Below the pieces are notes generated by a model. It had not been told where the DNA came from. It did no database searches and saw only the letters and a program-made list of their open reading frames with translations. The position numbers were made by a program, and so were the translations under genes. From Acidobacteriota bacterium (GTDB taxonomy: Bacteria > Acidobacteriota > Vicinamibacteria > Vicinamibacterales > UBA2999), in the NCBI GenBank assembly GCA_016184455.1, contig JACPCS010000055.1, forward strand, positions 1 through 57,911: DNA of 57,911 bases. Reading direction: 5' to 3'. Numbering within the stretch: the first letter of the stretch is position 1; each line of letters begins with the position of its first letter. This document shows, piece by piece, positions 30,644-38,488 of the stretch.

Positions 30644-30871
30644 TCACGCCTTCGGCGCGCCGTAGAGGTACTGGTCGTGATGGTCGGCCATATCCACAGG
30701 CGCGTCATCGATGAAGCCGATCAGCGCCTCCGCCGCCTTCCATCCGGTCGGATCATCGGCGTCGCTGGGGGCGGCCGCCGGGATCACGACTTCGACCTCG
30801 GTATGCTCTTCGAGGTGAATCGGCTCACGAGGCTTGAACACGCCGTTTTCGTAGATCGCCTTCACGGTCAT
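30644..30871 (-). CDS. Type II antitoxin-like small protein (DUF104 / 'MTVKAVYENGV' family); no cognate PIN toxin downstream
   Basis: 'MTVKAIYENGVFKPREPIHLEEHTEVEV' is the hallmark N-terminus of this antitoxin family. No PIN-like ORF follows it. Confidence 0.65.
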   Translation of the reverse strand: MTVKAIYENGVFKPREPIHLEEHTEVEVVIPAAAPSDADDPTGWKAAEALIGFIDDAPVDMADHHDQYLYGAPKA

Positions 30872-30910
30872 CAGCGGGCCTCAACGACATTGTAGCGCGG
30901 GGGACTCCCG

Positions 30911-31336
30911 CTATTCTTTGGGCCGATTCGCGCGTTCCCACGCTTCTCTCTGTGCCCGACCTTCCCACAAGAGTTCCCGCGGAAAGCCATCGATTCGAAT
31001 CCACTCGAGCGCCGGGTCTTGTTTGCCGAACTGCAGGAAGTGATTCAAGGCCTGAGTCGCACGTTCCGCAGATACGAATAGTTCGCGAGGCCAGCGCTCC
31101 AAGGCCTGTCCGCCCAGTTCCATTTCGATTGAAGGCGACGAGAAATGCCGACTCGTTGCCAAAAAATCGCTCCAGGACTCTTCGTGCCAGTCGAGGTGCA
31201 CGCGAGGATACTCAGCGTCTGCGGGTGAGATCGACGCGCCGTCCCAAACGGGACGCGATTGAACGTCCGCCAGAAGCTCTGAAGCCGAAGCAATCGGCAT
31301 TGGGTGATCGCCGATCTTGTAGGAAAAGGCGGTCAC
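30911..31336 (-). CDS. Hypothetical protein (141 aa; immunity-protein-like composition is speculative)
   Basis: Acidic, Trp-rich. Its 5' end overlaps the integrase-fragment ORF. An alternative start at 'MPIASA' is about 31300. Confidence 0.4.
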   Translation of the reverse strand: MTAFSYKIGDHPMPIASASELLADVQSRPVWDGASISPADAEYPRVHLDWHEESWSDFLATSRHFSSPSIEMELGGQALERWPRELFVSAERATQALNHFLQFGKQDPALEWIRIDGFPRELLWEGRAQREAWERANRPKE

Positions 31337-31795
31337 GTCCGAACCGTCCCCATCCCGTCGTGGGTCAAGGCCGCGGTCGATACGTGGACGACGGCAGCCG
31401 GTATCTCAGAGGGCCGCGTCTTTCGGGCGATCAACAAGGCGGGGCGGATCTGGGGCGACGGGATGTCGCCGAAGGCGCTGTGGGATGTCGTCCGGGCGGC
31501 GGCGGCACGCGCCGGCATCGAAAAACTGGCTCCACACGATCTGCGCCGCACGTGCGCGAGGCTGTGCCGCTTGGCGGGCGGCGAACTCGACCAGATCCAG
31601 TTCCTCCTGGGGCATGTCTCTGTCCAGACGACGGAGCGGTATCTCGGGTGCAAGCAGAAGCTTCGATGCGCCGTGAACGACCGGCTCGGCGCGGAAGGCC
31701 GACCCCCGTCCGCCCTTGGCGACCTATGTGCGGTAACCTCTCCACCAGCATTTGATCGCTGTTCGTTCGCGTCGTGTCCAATGCTAGGAACTTAG
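31304..31795 (+). pseudogene. 5'-truncated tyrosine recombinase/phage integrase (C-terminal catalytic half only)
   Basis: 'GKGGHVRTVPIP', 'HDLRRTCA' (H-x-x-R box) and 'LLGHVSVQTTERYL' (catalytic Tyr box). No N-terminal SAM/core-binding domain or Arg-I region precedes it. Confidence 0.6.
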
Positions 31796-31826
31796 GCTCG
31801 TACACCCGCCGCAAGTAGGAGGACCG

Positions 31827-34800
31827 ATGCCTATGTTTACCCTCACCAGCTACCAGGACGAGGTGGCGCGCCTCCAAGATGAGCTCCGGGACGCACTGAG
31901 GTCGCGCGATAGGGACGCGGAGATCGGCGCGCTGCTCGCCATCGGCAACGCGGCTCTGGACGAAGCGCCGGAGCTGGCGTTCGGGCACTTCAAGCTCGCG
32001 GAAAAAGCGGTCAGGCGCGCGCGCCGGCCGCAGCGCCTGCATGAAGCGCTTGGCGGCCAGGCCATGGCGCTTCGCCTGACCGGCGACGTGCAGGCCGCGA
32101 TCGATCGGTTCCTGAATGCGGAGCGCGCCGCCGGCGAAGCCGGCAACACGGCTGGCCAGGTGCGCTGGATGCTGAATCGCGCCTCGCTGCTGCGCACGAT
32201 GCGTGACCTCGACCGGGCGAGCGGCCTGATAGACGAAGCCGAACGCCTCTTGCGGCCGCCGGGGTCGAACGCGGTCGCACGCATGCTCGGGCCGGTCAAC
32301 CTGTTCGACAAGGAGCAGGTCGTCGTCCTCGCGGAGCTCGAGGGCCAGCATGGCGTCACGTGCAACCGGGCTCGCGATGAGCAGGGCGCCGAGGATCATT
32401 ACCGTAGCGCGGCCTTCTTCGCGGAGATGGCCGGCGACTCGAAAGGCATCGCCACGTGGTCCGGCAACGTCGGCAACACATGCGTGCGGCGGCAGGCTTT
32501 CAGCGATGCGATCGAGTGGTACGAGAAAGCCGTTGACGCCGCGATCCGGACGGGACAAACGCAGACGATCCTCAGCGCCGCAACCGGACTGATGAACGGC
32601 TTCGCGCGCGCGTGCCGGCATGAAGAGGGCGGCGATCGCCTACGGGCACTGGCGGACCAGGCCCCTGACTCCTCGCTGAAGATGGCGCTGCTGGATCGCG
32701 CGCTCGAGATGTACGACCAGGGGATATACGTAGACAAGGGACTCCAGACCGCGCGTGAAATAGAAACGCTCGCGAACGGCGCCGCCGATCGCCCCGACTT
32801 CCTCAACAGCGTGATCTCCATTCGCGAAAAGATGGAGCGCAGCACCGCGGAGCCGGCGGAGGCGCCGCCGCCCGATGCACCAACAGCGCTCGACCTGTAT
32901 CTCTCGGACCGCATGAGCCGCGCCGAGCGGTCGCGCGGCAACCTCGACATGGCGGTCCAGGCGGCGCATCGCGTCTGTGACGTGCGCCTGGCGCTGGCGC
33001 TGGCCGGCGGCAAAGCCTGGAAGCGCATCGTTGACGGCGACATGCTGCGCCTGCCCGGCTATGACCTGCAGGTGGTCTTCGACACGCTGCGCATGCTGTT
33101 CGACGCAGACAGATTTGACGCGGCCATCGATCTGCTGCAGCGCTACAAGGCACCCGGATTCTGCGTGCCCACACTGTCGCGACTGAAGGCCGAGGGCGCA
33201 CCGACCGCGGAGAGCGCTGCCTATTTGCAGGCGGTGGACGACCTCTGCCGCGAAGTGGAAGCGTTGGCCGGCCCTGCCACACCCGATTTCTTCCGCGTCG
33301 TGAATGCCGTTGGCCGCGCGTCCGCGCGCATGTACGAAGCCGGTGAAGCGCTGAGAGCCGGCGATCCGATCCTCGCGGCGCGGCTCGGCGCCCCAGTCCA
33401 AAAGGACGATCTGATCGACGCGCTTCCCTACGCAGGCGGCGTCGCGATTGTCGATTTCCTCGTCGGCTCGAACGCGACGATCCTCATGATGATCGGGCGT
33501 GGCAACGCAGGCGTCGTCGCGTTTCCGATCATGACGCCGTCGTTCACAGCGGAGCACGCACAACAGCTGTTGGATCTCTACCGCGAGGGCAACCTGCCGA
33601 AGCAGCTGGGCGGTGCGCAGGCGAAAGCGTTGATGGAGATCGCGCAGCTGCTCCACGACAACCTGTTCTGCGGGCTGGCTCGCGAGCTGGCCGCACGCGG
33701 CGTCAATCAGCTCATCCTCGTTCCCGACGTGTTGACGCGGAACCTGCCCCTCCACCTATCGCTCGCGTGCGGAGAGGAGATCAACGTGCCGGGCGTGGAC
33801 ACGCAGGGCGCCAACTTCCTATGCGAGGTCATGCCAATCGAGTACGCGCCGTGCGTTCAGGCAGTGGCCACGAGCCAGGTGTATCAACGTCCCAAGCGCA
33901 TCGAGCGCATCGCGGCCTTTGCGGATCCCGCAGGCGACCTGACCGTGGCGCGCGTGGCCATGGAAGAATTCGGCGCCCATTCCGGCGACCCCGGGAGGTT
34001 CTTTCTGAGGAGCGGTGCCGACGTGACCAAGGCCGCGGTGACCGAGGAAGTCCGCACCTCCGACGTCGTCATGTTCGCGACGCATGGCGTCTTCTCGCCA
34101 GGCCAGGTCGAAGAGAGTCGACTCCTGCTGCACGACGAGCCATGGCGCATGACCGACATGGCGCGGATCGGAGAGCTCGACAAACGCGCGCTGATGGTGC
34201 TGATGGCGTGCGAGGTCGGCGCCATTGCGCCGACTCCAGACGACTGCTCGGCGTGGGGCATTCCCGGCGCGCTCATCTCCACCGGCGCCAGCGCCGTGGT
34301 CGCCAATCTGTGGCCGGTGGAGGACGTCACCTCCAACGTGCTGGCCGAAGCGTTCCTCAAGCACCTGGGACATCGCGGCTATCGTCCCGCCGCGGCAATG
34401 TTTCGCGCCGTGCGCGACCTGCGACGGATGACGCGCGACGAGGCGCTCGCGCGCTGCCGCGACCACATCGCGGTGCTGAAGGCCGCGAATGCGCCGGGGC
34501 GTGCGTTACTTGGAGCCCGCTCGCTGCTCGAATGGATCGAAGACGAAGGCATGGAGCACCCGTTCGAGCATCCCTATTTCTGGGGCGCGACGGTCGTCTT
34601 CGGCAGCGGATGGCACCTGCCGGCTGGTGCGTCAGTGGGCCCGGCGATGAACATCATCGAGAACCGCCTCAAGCAGGAATCCATGGACGCGCTGCTCGCG
34701 GAGTCGAAGGCGGCCGAGGCGCTCGCGGCGGCGAAAGCGGTTGCGGACTCGTCCGACGGGCTGCCGCGCGGCCGGGCGTACACGACGATGGCGGTGGCGA

Positions 34801-34961
34801 TGCTGCGGTTGGCGGATCCGAGCACGGAGGCGCGCCTGCGGCGGCAGGCGTCACGGCTGCTTGCACACGCATCGCGCATTGCCGCGCGCGAAGACGACGA
34901 AGAGCTGCGCGCCCGTGTAGCGTGGGCCAGCGCACAGATGGAGGACGGCCATGTGGTCTAG
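31827..34961 (+). CDS. TPR-repeat protein with a C-terminal CHAT (caspase-like) protease domain
   Basis: 1044 aa. The N-terminal 600 aa carry TPR-like repeats. CHAT His block 'DVVMFATHGVFSPG', Cys block 'ALMVLMACEVGA', and terminal 'HPYFWGATVVFG'. Confidence 0.8.
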   Translation: MPMFTLTSYQDEVARLQDELRDALRSRDRDAEIGALLAIGNAALDEAPELAFGHFKLAEKAVRRARRPQRLHEALGGQAMALRLTGDVQAAIDRFLNAERAAGEAGNTAGQVRWMLNRASLLRTMRDLDRASGLIDEAERLLRPPGSNAVARMLGPVNLFDKEQVVVLAELEGQHGVTCNRARDEQGAEDHYRSAAFFAEMAGDSKGIATWSGNVGNTCVRRQAFSDAIEWYEKAVDAAIRTGQTQTILSAATGLMNGFARACRHEEGGDRLRALADQAPDSSLKMALLDRALEMYDQGIYVDKGLQTAREIETLANGAADRPDFLNSVISIREKMERSTAEPAEAPPPDAPTALDLYLSDRMSRAERSRGNLDMAVQAAHRVCDVRLALALAGGKAWKRIVDGDMLRLPGYDLQVVFDTLRMLFDADRFDAAIDLLQRYKAPGFCVPTLSRLKAEGAPTAESAAYLQAVDDLCREVEALAGPATPDFFRVVNAVGRASARMYEAGEALRAGDPILAARLGAPVQKDDLIDALPYAGGVAIVDFLVGSNATILMMIGRGNAGVVAFPIMTPSFTAEHAQQLLDLYREGNLPKQLGGAQAKALMEIAQLLHDNLFCGLARELAARGVNQLILVPDVLTRNLPLHLSLACGEEINVPGVDTQGANFLCEVMPIEYAPCVQAVATSQVYQRPKRIERIAAFADPAGDLTVARVAMEEFGAHSGDPGRFFLRSGADVTKAAVTEEVRTSDVVMFATHGVFSPGQVEESRLLLHDEPWRMTDMARIGELDKRALMVLMACEVGAIAPTPDDCSAWGIPGALISTGASAVVANLWPVEDVTSNVLAEAFLKHLGHRGYRPAAAMFRAVRDLRRMTRDEALARCRDHIAVLKAANAPGRALLGARSLLEWIEDEGMEHPFEHPYFWGATVVFGSGWHLPAGASVGPAMNIIENRLKQESMDALLAESKAAEALAAAKAVADSSDGLPRGRAYTTMAVAMLRLADPSTEARLRRQASRLLAHASRIAAREDDEELRARVAWASAQMEDGHVV

Positions 34962-35751
34962 AAAGACGACCGATCCGCTCGCGAAGCTCCTGTTCGAGAA
35001 ATACGGTGTGCACGTGCTCAGCCGCCCACGCGAGAATGTCTCCGTGTGCGACCTGTTCGCGGTGAGCGACGACAAGATTGTCCAGGCGGGCAGCCTGGCG
35101 GCGTTCCTGAAGGCGCCGTTCGGCATGCCGGGCGTGACCAAAGACGAAGCGCTCATCGACATCGAGTCCACCGTCTCGAACGCCGTGTCGGGCAGCGTGG
35201 GCGTCAATTTTCTGCAGGGTTTCCTGACGCTGATCGGCGCCGCCGCGCTGACCGCCGTCAAGCCGGCGCTTGAAAGATCGAAGGACCGCGCGCTGCGGTT
35301 TCGTTTCGGCGGATGCACGCGAAACTACGTCACGGACGGCTACGACCTCTCGTACCGGCTCGGCGACGTCGCGTTCGACAAGGACGCGTCGGCGATGAAG
35401 GATGACTGGCGGTACTATCTCGCCACCGCCGTACACCACTGCAAGGAGCTCGTGTTCGGGCTCGAGGAGAAGAACAAGACGAAGGTCGACCTGTCGGCGG
35501 ATATCGCAGCGACGGCGGGAGCGAACGTGGCGTTGTCGGTGGATGGTAACCAGCAGGTCACTGCCCACAGCGATCGCAAGCTGGCGTACGGGGTCGAGCT
35601 GAACGAGCTGGTCTACAACACGGAGCGCCGACGCCTCGAACTGGCGGAGGCCGCGCACTACGTGCACGTGCGGGCTGTTGGTGTGGCGGACCTTCCGCGA
35701 GCGGTGGTTGGCAGCCCCGACGGGCCGATGACACTCACGCTCGCGGACTAA
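34951..35751 (+). CDS. Gasdermin-like protein (putative bacterial gasdermin), translationally coupled to the CHAT protease
   Basis: Its start overlaps the CHAT gene by 11 nt, with RBS GAGGACGG. 266 aa. N-terminal 'PLAKLLFEKYGVHVLSRPRENVSVCDLFAVSD' mirrors the gasdermin N-terminus pattern (F..v.r.lv.eL..gg.L.PV.sL..s..F.P..LV.k). The later 'YYLATAVHHCKE...VTAHSDRKLAYGVELNEL' parallels GSDMA3 'LYVVMEAVEAKQ...VTIPKGCVLAYRVRLL'. Confidence 0.5.
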   Translation: MWSRKTTDPLAKLLFEKYGVHVLSRPRENVSVCDLFAVSDDKIVQAGSLAAFLKAPFGMPGVTKDEALIDIESTVSNAVSGSVGVNFLQGFLTLIGAAALTAVKPALERSKDRALRFRFGGCTRNYVTDGYDLSYRLGDVAFDKDASAMKDDWRYYLATAVHHCKELVFGLEEKNKTKVDLSADIAATAGANVALSVDGNQQVTAHSDRKLAYGVELNELVYNTERRRLELAEAAHYVHVRAVGVADLPRAVVGSPDGPMTLTLAD

Positions 35752-35764
35752 TTGCTGGCGGCGG

Positions 35765-35880
35765 TTAGACTTCACGGCCCGGCAGCCGGAGGGGCTGGAC
35801 GGGCTTCGGTCGTGCGGCCGGTTTATCGACGATGTGTTTCAGCCGGCGATCTTCGTCGTCGAGTTGCTTCAGGCGCTGCA
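35765..35880 (-). mobile_element. Remnant of an IS3-family transposase OrfA (C-terminal leucine-zipper segment)
   Basis: 'CGVIVANDDEMQRLKQLDDEDRRLKHIVDK' resembles the IS3 OrfA segment 'GM.VS.akRLKaLEdENarLKklla'. There is no full ORF and no IRs. Confidence 0.3.
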
Positions 35881-35981
35881 TTTCATCGTCGTTGGCCACG
35901 ATAACGCCGCAGTGTCTACAACGGACGCGTCGCTTCGGAAGGCATCTCCCATGTCTTCGTGGATCGGAAACGCACGGACGT

Positions 35982-37853
35982 TCAGAAGCTGTGGCCGACG
36001 CCGAAGTGCATCCGCCAGCGTCGGGTCCGCGCCTCACCGTCGATCTGCAGTCCTTCGACGGTCGTGAACTGGTGCGCGAAGTCGAGCCGTAGCAGCGCCC
36101 ACGGCGAACGGTAGCGCAGGCCGATGCCCCCGTCGGAGTGGAGATTGCGCGCGAGCGTCCAGGCGTCCTCCCAGACCTTCCCGGCGTCCATGAACAAGAC
36201 GGCGCCGAGCGGACCGGCCACGGGAAGGCGAATCTCACCCGTCGTTGCGAAGAGCGACTGTCCTCCAATCGGCAGGCCGGCGGCGGAGAGCGGGCTCACC
36301 TCGAGGCGGCCCCACCCGCGCAGCGTGTCCGCGCCGCCAAGGAAGTAGCGCTTCGACAACGGAACGTCCGATCGCCGCGTCTTCGGGACGATCGACCCGT
36401 ACTGCACCCGGCCGGCGAGCGTCACGCGCGCAATGGGGTGATAGTACCGGCCGTCACCGAGCACGCTGACGTAGTTGAACGAGCCGGGGAGCCACCCGCC
36501 GGCCTGTTCCAGGCGGGCCGCTACCAGATACCCTCTCGTCGGTTCTGCCGGCCGATCGGTGGTGTCCCGCTCCGCGCTGAACTGCAGCGCCGACAGCAGG
36601 CCCTCCTGCTTCCCGCTGCTCGAATCGAGCCCGAGCACCGTGAACTGCGCGCGCGATGCGGGGTCCTGTTGCGCGTCGGTCGGGATCTGCACACGCTGGA
36701 ACTCGTGGACGTAGGTGCCGGTCACGGTATGGCGGCCCGCCTCGTAACGCACTCCAGCGCGGCCTCCGCGTGAGAGCGCGTCGTACGGGGCCTCGTCGAA
36801 CTGCCAGACGTACCCGCTCCCAGTGAGCGCCAGACCAGATCTGAAAAGGTGCGGTTGGACGAAGGCTCCCTCGGCCCCGCGATCGAGCCACGACCATTTG
36901 CCACGCGTCGAGACGGTGCGCGCACCTCCGAGGAAGTTCAGGTGCCGCCATCCGATCTCGCCATAGGCCCGCTCTTCGGACCCGTACCCGAACGAATATG
37001 TGAACTGCGTGTGATCGCGCTCCTTGACGGTGACGCGTGTCGCGACCTCCGGCGCGCTGTCGCCATCGACGACCGCGATCTCGACGGATTCGAAGAGCCC
37101 AAGCTGGTACACACGGCGTTGGCTCTCCTGGAGCGCAGCCACCTGGAAGCGTTCACCCGGCAGGTACGTGAGCTGCCGCCGGATCACCGGGTCCTGGACA
37201 CTGATGTTTCCGACGATGTCGATCGGCCCGAACACCGCCTGCAGGGCCGGCTCGGCCCTGATTTCGAGACGAACCTGGCCGGGCGCAATGACGGTCTCCA
37301 GCGCCTCCACACGTGCCCGCGCGTAGCCCGCATTCCCCAGAGCGGTCACCGCCTGGCGAACGGTCTCCTCCACGTCCGCTGTGGCGACCGGCTCTCCGGG
37401 CTGCAGCGCTGCTGCACCCGTCATTGCCTCCACCTCGTCGGCCGAGAGGACGTCAAAGCCGCTGAAGACGACCTGTGCGGCGCGCACAGGCGATCCCTCG
37501 TGGACGACGATTCGCAGCCGCACCTCGTCGTTCGCGTGCCGGCTCACGACGCCTTCCGCGCGGGTGCCCGGGTAGCCGCGGTCGGCGTAGAACGCTTCGA
37601 TGCGTCGCAGGTCCGCCTCGAAGATCGCGGAATCGAAAGACGCCCTGTCGCGCCAGGGCAGTCTTGGGCTCGTACGGGTCTCGAGAAGGGCGCGCACGTC
37701 TGACTCGCGTACGGCGCGTGCGCCCTCGATGTCGAGCTCGACGACTTCGAGACGCTCGCTCGGCTCCTCCGCCGGACGCTGCTCCAGCCGCGCCTCCGCA
37801 CGGTGGGAAGCCAGCACCAGCGCCGCGAGCACGACGCCTCGATACGGAGACAC
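35982..37853 (-). CDS. Omp85-family outer-membrane protein (BamA/TamA-like; POTRA domains plus C-terminal beta-barrel)
   Basis: Signal peptide, POTRA-like repeats, bacterial-surface-antigen-like C-terminal half ending in 'HFGVGHSF'. Confidence 0.8.
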   Translation of the reverse strand: MSPYRGVVLAALVLASHRAEARLEQRPAEEPSERLEVVELDIEGARAVRESDVRALLETRTSPRLPWRDRASFDSAIFEADLRRIEAFYADRGYPGTRAEGVVSRHANDEVRLRIVVHEGSPVRAAQVVFSGFDVLSADEVEAMTGAAALQPGEPVATADVEETVRQAVTALGNAGYARARVEALETVIAPGQVRLEIRAEPALQAVFGPIDIVGNISVQDPVIRRQLTYLPGERFQVAALQESQRRVYQLGLFESVEIAVVDGDSAPEVATRVTVKERDHTQFTYSFGYGSEERAYGEIGWRHLNFLGGARTVSTRGKWSWLDRGAEGAFVQPHLFRSGLALTGSGYVWQFDEAPYDALSRGGRAGVRYEAGRHTVTGTYVHEFQRVQIPTDAQQDPASRAQFTVLGLDSSSGKQEGLLSALQFSAERDTTDRPAEPTRGYLVAARLEQAGGWLPGSFNYVSVLGDGRYYHPIARVTLAGRVQYGSIVPKTRRSDVPLSKRYFLGGADTLRGWGRLEVSPLSAAGLPIGGQSLFATTGEIRLPVAGPLGAVLFMDAGKVWEDAWTLARNLHSDGGIGLRYRSPWALLRLDFAHQFTTVEGLQIDGEARTRRWRMHFGVGHSF

Positions 37854-37854
37854 G

Positions 37855-38427
37855 TCAGGGCTTCACGACCGCCCCCGCCGCACGCATCTCGTCGATCGCG
37901 CGCGCCGAATCACCCGGCTGCACGTCCACGCCGGCAATCGCATCGCCGAGCACCGTCACATCGAACCCCGCCCGCCGGGCGTCGAGCACGGAGTGTTTCA
38001 CGCAGTAGTCCGTGGCAATCCCCCCCACGTAGAGGTGGTCGACGCCGCGCGCCCGCAGATCGTCGACGAGCGTCCGTCCGTCGGACGTTGTCCCCTCGAA
38101 GGCGGAGTATCCCGGCTTCTCGGCGCTCTGACCCTTGCTGATCACGATCGCTCGGGACGGCAGCCGCAGTCCGGGGTGGAACTCGGCGCCCGCGGTGTGC
38201 TCGACACAGTGCACCGGCCATTCGCCCCCGTACTGCCGGAAATGGCGCGTCACCGGCGGGTGCCAGTCGCGCGACGCGTACACCGGCCATCCCTGTGCGG
38301 CCGCCTCATCGACGTACCGGTTGAGCGGCTCGACGACGCGGTCGCCCGCAGGCGCGGCGAGCGCCCCGCCGGGGCAGAAGTCCCGCTGGACGTCCACGAT
38401 CAACAGGGCCGATCGCGTGTTGTCCAT
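37855..38427 (-). CDS. pncA: Nicotinamidase/pyrazinamidase (isochorismatase family)
   Basis: 'ALLIVDVQRDFCPGGAL', 'DWHP', 'VGGIATDYCVKHSVLDA' (catalytic Cys). Confidence 0.85.
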   Translation of the reverse strand: MDNTRSALLIVDVQRDFCPGGALAAPAGDRVVEPLNRYVDEAAAQGWPVYASRDWHPPVTRHFRQYGGEWPVHCVEHTAGAEFHPGLRLPSRAIVISKGQSAEKPGYSAFEGTTSDGRTLVDDLRARGVDHLYVGGIATDYCVKHSVLDARRAGFDVTVLGDAIAGVDVQPGDSARAIDEMRAAGAVVKP

Positions 38428-38439
38428 ACCAACGCTTCT

Positions 38440-38488
38440 TCAAGTACAAAGTGTAAAGTGCAAAGTTCAAAGTACATGCAAAGTCTCG
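38440..38488. promoter_or_regulatory. Tandem heptamer array (N-AAAGT-N) x5-6 in the divergent pncA/pncB promoter, extending into pncB codons 2-4
   Basis: 'tcaagta caaagtg taaagtg caaagtt caaagta catgcaaagtc' has strict 7-bp periodicity. It is AT-rich in a GC-rich genome. Confidence 0.5.

Noticed and set aside
31431-35775. Minus- and plus-strand ORFs 31431-32621(-), 32640-33755(-), 33767-35065(+) and 34669-35775(-) overlapping the CHAT and gasdermin-like genes
   Set aside because: Low-complexity R/A/G-rich translations. The CHAT frame has conserved His/Cys blocks and is contiguous over 1044 aa.
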